Below are positions 53,640 through 64,000 of a stretch of DNA of 64,000 nt, piece by piece. Made by a program: the position numbers and the translations under genes. The notes beneath the pieces were generated by a model that was not told the origin of the DNA, did no database searches, and saw only the letters and a list, made by a program, of their open reading frames with translations. Source of the stretch: the human T2T-CHM13v2.0 reference genome, Homo sapiens; NCBI RefSeq assembly GCF_009914755.1, contig NC_060934.1, one strand, 5' to 3'. How positions within the stretch are numbered: position 1 is the first letter of the stretch; each line of letters starts with the position of its first letter.

Positions 53640-53955
53640 GCAGATTTAGGTTCACAGCAAAATTAAGCAGGAGGTACAGAGAGTTCCCTGTATCCCCTAC
53701 CTCCACATGTGCACAGCCTCACCCAGTATTAACATCCCCCACCAGAGGGTACTTATGTTGCAACTGATGAACCATCATTATCACCCCAAATCTAGAGTTT
53801 ATATCATGGTTCACTCTTAGTGTGAACGTTGTATGGGTTTGAACGAATGTATAATGGCATGAAAAATCCACTGTTGTAGTATCACAAAGAGTGTTTTCAA
53901 TGCCCTAAAATTCCCCCATGCTCCTCCTAATCATTCTTCCCCCACCCTAAACACC
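53608..53955 (-). mobile_element. L1MC1-like 3' end
   Basis: Poly(T), then TTTAGGTTCACAGCAAAATTAAGCAGGAGGTACAGAGAGTTCCC...GGTTCACTCTTAGTG. Confidence 0.85.
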
Positions 53956-56182
53956 CAGCCTTTAACTACATAGTAAAGATGTTCTTTGAATGAGTTTTTC
54001 CAGAAATCTGAGAGATGCAATTTCTAGCCTGATTAACTTCTCCTTGGCTGAAGGCACAGGAAGACAAGCCCTCCCTACAGTTTTCCTGGCAAGTGGGGAA
54101 TGAGAATACTCCACCCTGCTACAAGTACTCCTGAGGCTCAGACCTCACCAGGGACCCAGAAGAAGTGTGGAGGAAGATGAGAGCTGAAGTTAATTTCACT
54201 CCTGTTACATCGCAGCCTCAGGACAACTAATGATAGATGGTCTTTATGGTGATTACTATCAATCTTACTAGGGTGGCAATAAGAATTTTAATATAGAGCT
54301 TCAAAACAACCCAGCCAGGGCTGAGGCTGCCCCTTCTCTCCTCTTACTGCAAACACTGGCAATGGGAATCAAACTTTCCCTTTGAATTATATCTCTCAGA
54401 GAAGAAGGTATTCTCTGATAGGTAGAGGGACAAAAATAAGCCAAAGCTCCCCTTTGCAACTTTCATTGATTATCTTTGTTTTTTCCCTGGAGAAGAAAAT
54501 AAACCAGCAGGAACAGGTGGTTGATGCTGGAGGAACCCAGCACTAGATTTGGCTGGAAAGGAGATGGGGGATCAGGAGTCTTAAACCCAATGCTCTTGGG
54601 AATCCAACTTGTCGTGTGACGCATAACATCAAGAGACTGCAGACCAAGGCAAGTTTTGGAAACTGGTGTGAATCAGTCCTCAGCCACTTGCTGAAAAAAA
54701 TCACCTTCTTCAGGAGAGGGCACTGACAAGGACCAGGAATGTTTTCAGAGCTGCATCCAAATGGGCTGAGATACTCAAATCCCACCATGAGGACCTGGAT
54801 GAGGCAGAAGCTCAGTCCTGGAACTGGACAAATGTAGCTTGCACAATGCCAATCTATCAGGCAGCAAAGCCACAGGTCCATCTGCACATGGCTTCTCAGT
54901 ATTCCCCCTGGTCTAAGGCCCACAGTCCTATATTAGACCCCACTAGACTGTGGGCCCAAATCTGAGAAACTGCCCTGCTTTGAACAGAATGGGTTAGAGA
55001 AAATGCCCTTAAAATTCTTTTGCAATCTCACATGGCAGGAGTGAAGAAAGGAAAGAACCCTCAATTTGTAGTATTGAGAAATTAGCTTTTGTGGTGCAGG
55101 GGGGATTCCCTAATTTTTTATTGAAAATAAAACAGGTTTAATGCACTTGTTTTTAATGTCTCTTGCTCTACAATGAGGTTTTGTGGCTGATTTTCACACC
55201 GTGGGTCACTGCAACCTTTAGGTCTTTTCTTTTCTATACTCACACTCAATCAGCCAGTGCTCAAGCTATACCAATGTTGCACACACCTGAGTGTGTGTAT
55301 GGGAAGGTGGGGCTGGGGGTTGAATACATCCCTTTGCATGTGTCTCTAGTGAGTTTAGTTCTGGTAGGTTCTGACCTCTCCTCTGGCCTTTTGAATGGAA
55401 TCAGTCTGCTGCTCACAAACTTGGCTTTGTTTGAAAATGAATAAACCACTCTTCATCCCACAGTCCATTTAGGAAACCAAAACAGCCCTAGACCCAGGGT
55501 AGACTGGTACAGCACAGCTTTGGCACAATCTCCACCCACCCCTTCTCTTCACAAGGGACCATGGAAAATGCATTGAAAATGCCTCCTGGATTCCCAGTTC
55601 CAAGCCATCTTGAGCCATGCAACAAAGAGAAATGGTCGTTTTAAAGGTTCCTTTCTCCATGTGGATCTGTAATAACATTCCACATGAAGAGGATTTTTGT
55701 TTATGCATTTGCATATTCATTTTCTTTCTCTGTTGTGACTCCCCACGAGCTTTGCACAAATCCTGCCTCAATACACCTTTTGCTTTCAAAGCACCAGGCA
55801 CACAGCTATTAGTTTTAATGTCTGTTTGTAAAAGTCGGCCCTGAAATTTAAAATTCAGTGAAATCTCTACACATGTTGAGATCACAGTTGTAAAGTGGCC
55901 CTTTTATGAATACCAGGGAAATAATAGAATCTTCACTTGCTTTCTGAGGCTGCGGCCGCAGCCGCTGCTGCTGCCTTGGTTACAGCCATGTGGGTTCTCA
56001 ACAAGCTCTTAATTTGAATGGGCTGTTTATGTTCTGCTTACAGGAGGCAAGCCTAGGTATGAAGTCCACTAACCACAGGAGAGCTGGACTCGGTGAATTA
56101 CTTTCTTTGCACTAAATATGCTCTATGTGACTAGCTCTCAGCCCACTTACAGCAACAGTGCAAGTGATAAGTGCTTGTGTTG

Positions 56183-56430
56183 GTTCTCATTCATAGGTGG
56201 GAATTGAACAATGAGAACACTTGGACACAGGGTGGGGAACATCGCACACTGGGCCTGTCGTGGAGTGGGGGGATGGGGGAGGGATAACATTAGGAGATAT
56301 ACCTAATGTAAACGATGAGTTAATGGGTGCAGCACACCAACATGTCACATGTATGCATATGTAACAAACCTGCAGGTTGTGCACATGTACCCTAGAACTT
56401 AAAGTATAATAATAATAATAAAAGAAATAA
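56183..56430 (+). mobile_element. Short L1PA (PA5-like) 3'UTR
   Basis: CATAGGTGGGAATTGAACAATGAGAACAC...CCCTAGAACTTAAAGTATAATAATAAT. Confidence 0.93.
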
Positions 56431-56974
56431 ATTGGATCTCTGATACCCCCACTACCTCAAGCAGAGACTGATGAGTCAGTTCTATAGATAGATGCCATCT
56501 CCTCTAAACACAGGAAGGGGGTCTGTCTGGAGGTAGTATCTGTCCCTGTGCTGCTGGGGGGCGCTAGGAGATTACCTGTACACCTGTTTCGGTCAAGCTG
56601 TACCCCTGGGTCATCTGCCCAGGGCACAAATCTGTGGGGTCACGAGTTTCTGGGTAATTTCAGAGCCTTTTGTGGGATTACCCCTCATATTCACCCCCAC
56701 TCAATCGTTCACCTGTTGAGAGCTGGGAGGAGAGGAAATGTCACAAGATGGTATTCCTTCTGCTGATTGATGCTGCAGTCAAAAATTATCCTTCTCACCC
56801 GGAAAGAGACATGGTACAGGCAAACAAGACAGTGATAGCTGCACAAGGTCAAACCAGAAATGAAGAAAAGCCAGAAACCGGGGGCCAGCCAGTGGGTTGG
56901 AAGCGACAGGACCACATCCATGGGCACACTAATGCCCAGACATGGGAGGTGATAAGAAGCAAAAGATACAAAAG

Positions 56975-57430
56975 AGGTGGGATGGTTGTTAAATTGTCTG
57001 CAAGTCCTTTGGCACTCTTCCCACAGAAGGTAGAGTCTAATTTCCCTCTCCCTGAATAGGGATCAATCTAGCGACTTGCTTGTGAGGGATAAGATGCATC
57101 AGAAGTGGCCCCCTGTGACTTCTGTGGCTAGCTTTCTGCCTGGTTCTCTCTTGGGACAGGTATCTCTGGAGCCCTGAGCCACCGTGGAGGATGCTGACCA
57201 CCCAGAAGCTGCCCTGTTACAGAGAGCCCATAGAGGTAGCTGTGCCTGAGGGGCCCGAGGGATTCAAGACCTCAGTGCCTTGATCTTCGTAGCCAGATCC
57301 CAGGCACAGGGTGTGCAGAACTTCAGATGATTCTAATTCCCCGATTCAAGCAGCTGAGGCCGGGTGGGACAGAAACAAACCATTCCCACAGAGCAGTTTC
57401 CTAAGAAGCATCAATTAGAACTGTTGTTCT
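56975..57430 (+). mobile_element. MLT1G/H-type LTR
   Basis: GGTAGAGTCTAATTTCCCTCTCCCTGAAT...TGTGACTTCTG...GGAGCCCTGAGCCACC. Confidence 0.7.
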
Positions 57431-57548
57431 AACAAATCCAGGGAACTGAACCTGGATAAGATATAGAAGCTGTAGGGATGCAGATTTCAGCTTTCTGTAA
57501 AAACAAAATAATACAGCAGAAAGAAAACAAATTATATAAAATCAGAGG

Positions 57549-57860
57549 GGCCAGGTGCAGTGGCTCGCATCTATAATCCCAGCACTTTGGGAAGCCGAGG
57601 TGGGAGGATCGCCTGAGCCCAGGATTTGGAGGCCAGTCTGGGAAACATAGCAAGACCCCATATCTATAAAATTTATTTAAACTTAGCCAGGTATGGTGGT
57701 GCACCCTTGTAGGTGTTACTCTGGAGGTGGAGGCAGGGGGCTCACTTGAGCCCGGGAGGTCAAGACTCCAGTGAGCTATGATTGCACCACTGCACTCCAG
57801 CCTGGGTGACAGAGTAAGACCTAGTGTCAAAAAAATAAAAATGAAAATAAAAATAAAATC
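57549..57860 (+). mobile_element. AluJ
   Basis: Full dimer with an (AAAAT)n tail. Confidence 0.93.
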
Positions 57861-57879
57861 ATAGGAACAAAACACAGAG

Positions 57880-58030
57880 CCCCACCTTAGCCACTGACAA
57901 ACTGATTGAGTGGTTTGACTTATTTGACCTTGAGTTTCTCATTTTTAAAATGATATTACTGATGATTCTTGCCTCACGGCATTCCGATGATTAAATAAGA
58001 TAACATATGCTTTGGAAGCTTATAAAATTG
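57880..58030 (+). mobile_element. MIR
   Basis: AGTTTCTCATTTTTAAAATG...GATTAAATAAGATAACATATG. Confidence 0.65.
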
Positions 58031-58379
58031 TAAATTCCTAAAATGTGCAACAATTGTTAATCTTGCTGTAAGAAATTAAAGATGAATGCTCAGAAATTGA
58101 GCATTCTTGAGAGAGGGCATCTCATAATGGAACCCCACCAACACAGTGTTCTCCTGCTTAACGAGTTTGTGTCCAGTAAATAAACGAATGAGTGTATTGC
58201 CTTGTATGGGTCCATTCTCCCGACAACAGCCGGGATACAAAGCAACCAAATACATCTAGGTGAATGAACAGGCACTGCTCAAGAATAACTGAATTCTCGG
58301 CATTCCTCCACGACAGGCTCTCCACCCACCCTTGCATCTATAGCCATACTCAATCCATGGACAATATGTGGCTTCTTCA

Positions 58380-58746
58380 GTCATGGCGGAAACTTGCTGC
58401 CCAGATCCCTCTTCAAGGAGGGACTTGCTGTGGAGTGTGGTCGGCAGACAGCCTCAGACATCAGCTCCTTTAAGGCTCACCTCAGCTGCAGATGGTGCCC
58501 CAACCCAGGCGCATTCCCTTCCAGGAACAGCCTGCATCTGGTGACCGGGTGTGAAACGCTGCCCAATTCTGCTGAGCACCCTGAATGGCACCACTCACTC
58601 CAGAGCTCCCTGAGCCTTTGTTGGGTTCCATGGCACCTGACTTCCTCTGTCCCATTCTGCTTCCTCCCTCCCATCACAGCTATTGATCCCTAGCCAGCAT
58701 CTTGCATCCCAAACTTGGTCTTAACATCAGCTTCCAAAAAGCAACA
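58380..58746 (+). mobile_element. LTR16-family ERVL LTR
   Basis: CTGCCCAGATCCCTCTTCAAGG...TCAGCTGCAGA...ACTCCAGAGCTCCC...TTCTGCTTCCTCCCT...CATCAGCTTCC. Confidence 0.7.
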
Positions 58747-59049
58747 TTAGTTATTTCAATATTTACCAGCACTGAAGAAAAAGCAGAAGAGATTTCCTCA
58801 TCATCTCCAACTGGACAAGGTGAAGACAGAAAAACATTCTCTTTCTCTCTGCAACAGTGGGGCTTGACATTTTTGTTGAGATATTTTTCTGGATACCCTT
58901 AGAATACTGGGGTTTGGGGCAGGATGCTTGCAGGAACTAAATTGTGTTTGTAGTCAGCGTGCCATTCACTCGACTGCCCTTCAGCAATGGAGCGTTCTCT
59001 GAGTAAAATTGTCCATTGCCCTGAATAGGCTATGACAGTGTCTCTAAAA

Positions 59050-59560
59050 GTTACATGACTAGTTAGGGAACATATGTTATATCATATCCCAGCTTACTCA
59101 TACATGTAGGTTTCATGTGTGTGCATGACAGAAGCAAGTCTTATGATATAGCAGGTATAAAAAAGTGCTCTGATATTTTCTATTCTATTTTGTTCCTTTG
59201 TCTTTAATAATGCCTGTTGTGACCTACTAAATTGATTTTATGACCCACTAGGGTCATGTTTTTTTTTAATGTGTGTATGGAAAAATAAAAGCTCTATTTT
59301 ATACTTTTAAGGCAAAATGTGTTGCATATATGTAAACACATGATTGGTCCTCTACCTAGTGTTTCTCGTTTTTTTCTTTGATGGCTTATAACAAAGAATA
59401 TATTTTACACCAAGACCCACTGTACACAGAGAAAAGTTTCATGACACAATGTCTCCCTTGTATATAGAAAGCAGTCTCCTGTTTGCATTTTCATTCATTT
59501 TATTTTGGAAATGGTTAGAACTCAGTAAGTTGATTTCATAATCCATGGTTTAGAAAGCAT
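59050..59560. mobile_element. MER113-like hAT-Charlie remnants
   Basis: GATATTTTCTATTCTATTTT...GACCTACTAAATTGATTTTATGACCCACTAGGGTCA. Confidence 0.55.
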
Positions 59561-59773
59561 TATTCTAATGTAAATGGAAGAGTCCATCAGCTCAATGTTC
59601 TACTCGAGACCTATTCAAATCACATGTACTCTCAGTTGTAATTAAAACTTCTTTTACACACTGATCAAAATGTGGCATCCTGACCAGGAACAGCAAACCA
59701 GGGCTCTCGTGGTGGTGACAGGAAAACGATGGAAGCACATGATAGAAACCCTGACATGATCAACCACAGTGAC

Positions 59774-60055
59774 ATGTGCACACACAGAGCTGGAGGCTGG
59801 CACTGAGGTGAGTGTGTGTGTTGCATGTGGGCACTGTATTTGCAGTCTCTAATCTCTGTCTGGAATGTGCACGCACACACACACACAGAGCTGGAGGCTG
59901 GCACTGAGGTTAGTGTGTGCATTGCATGTGGGCACTGTATTGGCAGTCTCTAATCTCTGCCTGTCATGTGCACACACATGCACACATACAGCTGGAGGCT
60001 GGCATTGATGTGTGTGCATTGCATGTGGGCACTGTATTTGCAATCTCTAATCTCT
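59774..60055. repeat. Three-copy minisatellite, units of about 90-101 bp
   Basis: Units start at 59774, 59865 and 59966 and share AGCTGGAGGCTGGCA and TTGCATGTGGGCACTGTATT...TCTCTAATCTCT. Confidence 0.95.
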
Positions 60056-60260
60056 ACCTCCTACAGACCCCTCAGTTCCCTAAGAATGTTTCACAGAAAC
60101 TGTTTAAGCTGTGTTTTTAAAAATACATTTCCCTGAGTTAGTTACTTCATACTTCTGCAGTGCCGCAAGACATGATAATTTCCTATCAATTCCTTCCATT
60201 CCAACACCCGTATGTTACCACTAGTTGTCTTGCCCAGCAGTTTTAAAAATGTAATGTTTT

Positions 60261-61369
60261 AGCAGGGTACTGGTACCAAAACAGACATATAGACCAATGA
60301 AACAGAACAGTGACCTCAAAAATAACACCACACATCTACAACCATCTCATCTTTGACAAACCTGACAAAAACAAGCAATGGGAAAAGGATTCTCTACTTA
60401 ATAAATAGTGTTGGGAAAACTGGCTAGCCATATGCAAAAAACTGAAACTGGACCCCCTTCCTTACACCTTATGCAAAAATATATACACCTTAACTCAAGA
60501 TGGATTAAAGACTTAAATATAAAACCTGAAACCATAAAAACCCTAAAAGAAAACTTAGGCAATACCATTCAGGATATAGGCATGGGCAAAGACTTCATGA
60601 CGACAACACCAAAAGCAATCACAGCAAAAGCTAAAATTGACAAATGGGATCTAATTAAACTAAAGAGCTTCTGCACAGCAAAAGAAACTAGCATCAGAGT
60701 GAACAGGCAACCTACGGAATGGGAGAAAATTTTTGCAATCTACCCATCTGACAGAGGTTTAAAATCCAGAATCTACAAGGAACTTAAACAAATTTACAAG
60801 AAAAAAAGACAGTCAAAAAGTGGGCAAAGGATATGAACAGACACCTCTCAAAAGAAGACATTTATGTGGTCAACAAACATATGAAAAAAAAGCTCAGCAT
60901 CACTGATCATTAGAGAAATGCAAACAAAACCACAATGAGATACCATCCCACGTCAGTCAGAATGGTGATTATTAAAAAATCAGGAAACAACAGATGCTAG
61001 TGAGGCTGTGGAGAAATAGGAACTCTCTTACACTGTTGGTGAGAGTGTAAATTAGTTCAACCACTGTGGAAGACAGTATGGCGATTCCTCAAGGATCTAG
61101 AACCAGACATACAAACACAGGAACAGAAAACCAAACACCACATTTTTTGAACAATGAGAACACATGGACACAGGGAGGAGAACAACACTCACCTTGGTGG
61201 GTGGGCGTGAAGGGAGAGCATTAGGACAAACACCTAATGTATGTGAGGCTTAAAGCCTAGATGACAGGTTGATAGGTGCAGTAAACCACCATGGCACATG
61301 TATATCTATGTAACAAACCTGCATGTTCTGCACATGTATCCCAGAAATTGAAGTAAAATGGAAAAAAAA
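60261..61369 (+). mobile_element. 5'-truncated L1PA (PA8-PA10-like) with an internal deletion
   Basis: ORF 60408-60836 is L1 ORF2p ([13 protein letters not shown]). Perfect 16-bp TSD AAAAATGTAATGTTTT (60245-60260, 61370-61385). Confidence 0.95.
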
Positions 61370-62899
61370 AAAAATGTAATGTTTTGCCTCTGTTTTCTCA
61401 TTGCAAGAAACTTTGATACTCTATGTTTCCATGGCTGATTTTCTCAAAAACGTATGGTTTTCATCGAAACCCAATGGCCATATTTCTCTAACTTCCTTAT
61501 TGCTCCCCTGTGTGTGAACGGTGGAGCAGGACTCTGATATAACTTCAATGATAAAGGCTTATCACTAAATAAGAGACTTCCAAAATGATCTTGTGTGTCA
61601 ATATCCTATGCACAAATACAAACTGATCATTTTCAGACCCTTTGCTGTCTAGGGTGGATTCAGCCCAAGTAACGTTCATTGTTGACTAAGAGAGGCGGAA
61701 AGCATGAGGTTGCAAATGGAGAAGCAGAGAGCTAAATTATTCTACTAAGAAGAGGACCATGGGAGAGGGCTAGAGTATGAGCTGGAAGGGAGGGAAAGCT
61801 AAAGCCGCCACTGAAAAGGTTGCTCAGAACAGGAGTCATGGGAGAAAATAATCCAAAAGAAGAAAAAGCAGAGAAGTATTCAGATGATTTTTATGAGTTT
61901 TTTTTTTCCTGTGGAATGCAAATATATAGTTTTACTCTAATTTCTCTTGAAAGCATCAGTAACACCAACATTGCTTGCCAGAGCTTGGGTGGTGCCTGGG
62001 TAAGAACCGAGTCTGGTCTCAAGATAGCGTAGCGCGAAGGAAGCCCCCCTGACCACATTTGAGTCTCCAAGACAATAGTTTCTCTTCTCGTCTTCAGGGG
62101 TTAATGGCAAACAGTCAAAAGAATGAAATAAGACAGACTCCAGCCCATCCAGAACACAGAAAGAGGAAATTGGAGCCACACAGTGGGTCTATAGATATGT
62201 TCTATCTCTTTTTTTCTCCCAAGAGATCACCTTTGAGATAGTTTTGAACACATGCTCAGCTAGCAGCACCCCTGTCTGGTAGAGACTCTTTCAGAAGCCC
62301 GTTGATCCGCAGTCCAGCAAGCAAATGACTTTAGAAGAAGGAAAAAAATAAAGTAACAGGAAAGGAGGGAGAAAAAACACATTGGAGGGAGAAAGGGGAA
62401 GAAGAGATAGAAAATCTGTCCACTAAATTTATTATCTTAGCTTGCATTTTGGTGAGAATATGTACATTAATGGACCATCTGCTGAGAAAATCCGCCAGAG
62501 ATTTTCAGTGATTCAAAGTGATGATAGGACTCACATTTCTACTTCCTTCCAGCTGCAAAGAAGGAGCCCACTTCTAAGAGAAAAATCAATGACCTCCCTT
62601 GGTTGCCTGGTGAACCAGCTTTCATTTTCTAAGAGCTGAGGATAAAAATTGCACCTCCAGGCATTAAGCCTTGGAGCACACACCTGTGCACGAAACTCCT
62701 TCTGGACAAGGCCTTAGAGAACTCAGATCAGCTCCCACAGCTACCCCTCAGTGACAAAAAGGCCCCGACAAAATCACTTCCTTTCCTCCTGCCACGCTTT
62801 CCCCACCTTTAACACCAAGATCATCTTTTACCCTCCTATCTCAGAGGGAAACCATTCAGTCCTCTGCTTTAAAGTTAACCCTTTCTTATCTTCACTTTA

Positions 62900-63640
62900 A
62901 CCAAATACCTTCACTTTATCTTGACAAAACTCATGGCCCATATAGTTTCTCGGTTCTTGTTCTCCCTAAAGGCTCATCATTGCTTAACGCGCGTAGACAC
63001 TCGTGCTGGCTTGACTTCCATCAATTAAACTACTCAGCCCTGACTTTTCTCCTGCTTGTTTCACTGCTCAGTTCCATTTTCCATGCTGGTTCCTTTTCTT
63101 CATCTGGACCCCAAACCCTGGGGATCCCCAAAAGCTTTGTCTTTGACTTCTCATTCCCTTTATTTAAACTCTTGCCCTGTATCTTACCATTGCTGTAACT
63201 GTCACCTGTGACTAGAAAGCCATCAAATGCTTAACTCCAGGCCTAGGATGTCATCACCAGACACACAACTCACTGTAAAGGCATTTATTTCTGTTTGCCT
63301 GTTCCATGGTTACCCTGCATGTAACATGTCTTATAGACAACTTGTGAACACCTCCAAATGCAAATAAATCATTCCTTCCTCCTTCTTTATCCCTACTAAT
63401 GACATCACCTGTCCTCTTCGAATCACAAGTAGCCAGACGAATCACCAAACCCTGCACATTTTTAGTTTATCCTGCCTCCCCCACCACCCACGAGAATCCA
63501 TCCTCTTCCTTCCCATGCTATCTCCTTAGGCCACACCATTATCATCTCACATCCCTCCGTGCTATTGCAACTGCCATTTGAAATCATTCCCAGCCTCCAA
63601 CCATCTTTCTATCAGATAAATCTTAAAACCCTCTTCTTTT
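62900..63640 (+). mobile_element. Old L2 fragment
   Basis: Pyrimidine-rich L2-like text (GGGGATCCCCAAAAGCTTTGTC, CCACACCATTATCATCTCACA). Confidence 0.55.
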
Positions 63641-64000
63641 ACACAGAAGGCCTAATGAAGAAAGAACCTCTGGATTAAACAGATATGCTGGTGCTGCTGG
63701 TGGTAGTGGTGAACAGCATCTTCAAGGAAGAGAAGGATGTGGTCTGAGTCCTAAGGCCTACAGCTTGGAAGATAAAAAGCACAAGACAATCACTGGGACC
63801 ATGAACCAGCCCGCGTAGAGCAGATCTCACCTCTCTGTCCCACAATAGCCCTTTCCTATTTCAACTCTCCCGTACTTCAGAACCCTCCTCCTTTGTCCTT
63901 CTCCCTCATGGAGTCTTTCTCCAACACTTTAGTGCTTTCTCTGAAATCCTTCAGCATTTATTTCCTTCAGATAATCAAATATTGCTCCACATACCTGGAC

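Noticed and set aside
59774-60055. CRISPR-like array
   Set aside because: The whole unit is repeated with no unique spacers, the context is primate DNA and there are no cas genes. It is a minisatellite.

Overview
This is 64 kb of hominid (human or great-ape type) non-coding genomic DNA, intergenic or deep intronic. I can support no host protein-coding exon, RNA gene, CpG island or CRISPR array. The window is dominated by interspersed repeats: 13 Alu/FRAM copies, 5'-truncated L1PA/L1PB/L1M copies, MaLR and ERV LTRs (THE1, MSTA, MLT1, MER41, MER74, MER76, LTR16), DNA-transposon fossils (Charlie8, Zaphod, Kanga, Tigger13a, MER44, MER45, MER58, MER5, piggyBac MER75), MIR/L2 relics and one 5'-truncated SVA. 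Every recognisable ORF in the track is L1 ORF2 or Alu derived. Family names come from my recollection of consensus sequences, not from a database search, so subfamily calls are provisional. I found no new biological system. The best observations concern how the DNA was rearranged: (1) a ~100-bp inverted copy of a THE1B segment apparently templated from an element 3.1 kb away and inserted into an L2 with microhomology; (2) a nearly complete Charlie8-type transposase fossil related to the GTF2IRD2 domain, inside a nested transposon stack; (3) an SVA with a 20-bp SINE-R deletion that may be lineage specific; (4) an old twin-primed L1MA; (5) several perfect palindromes; (6) a 3-copy minisatellite carrying splice-regulatory motifs; (7) a few repeat-free, motif-dense enhancer candidates.
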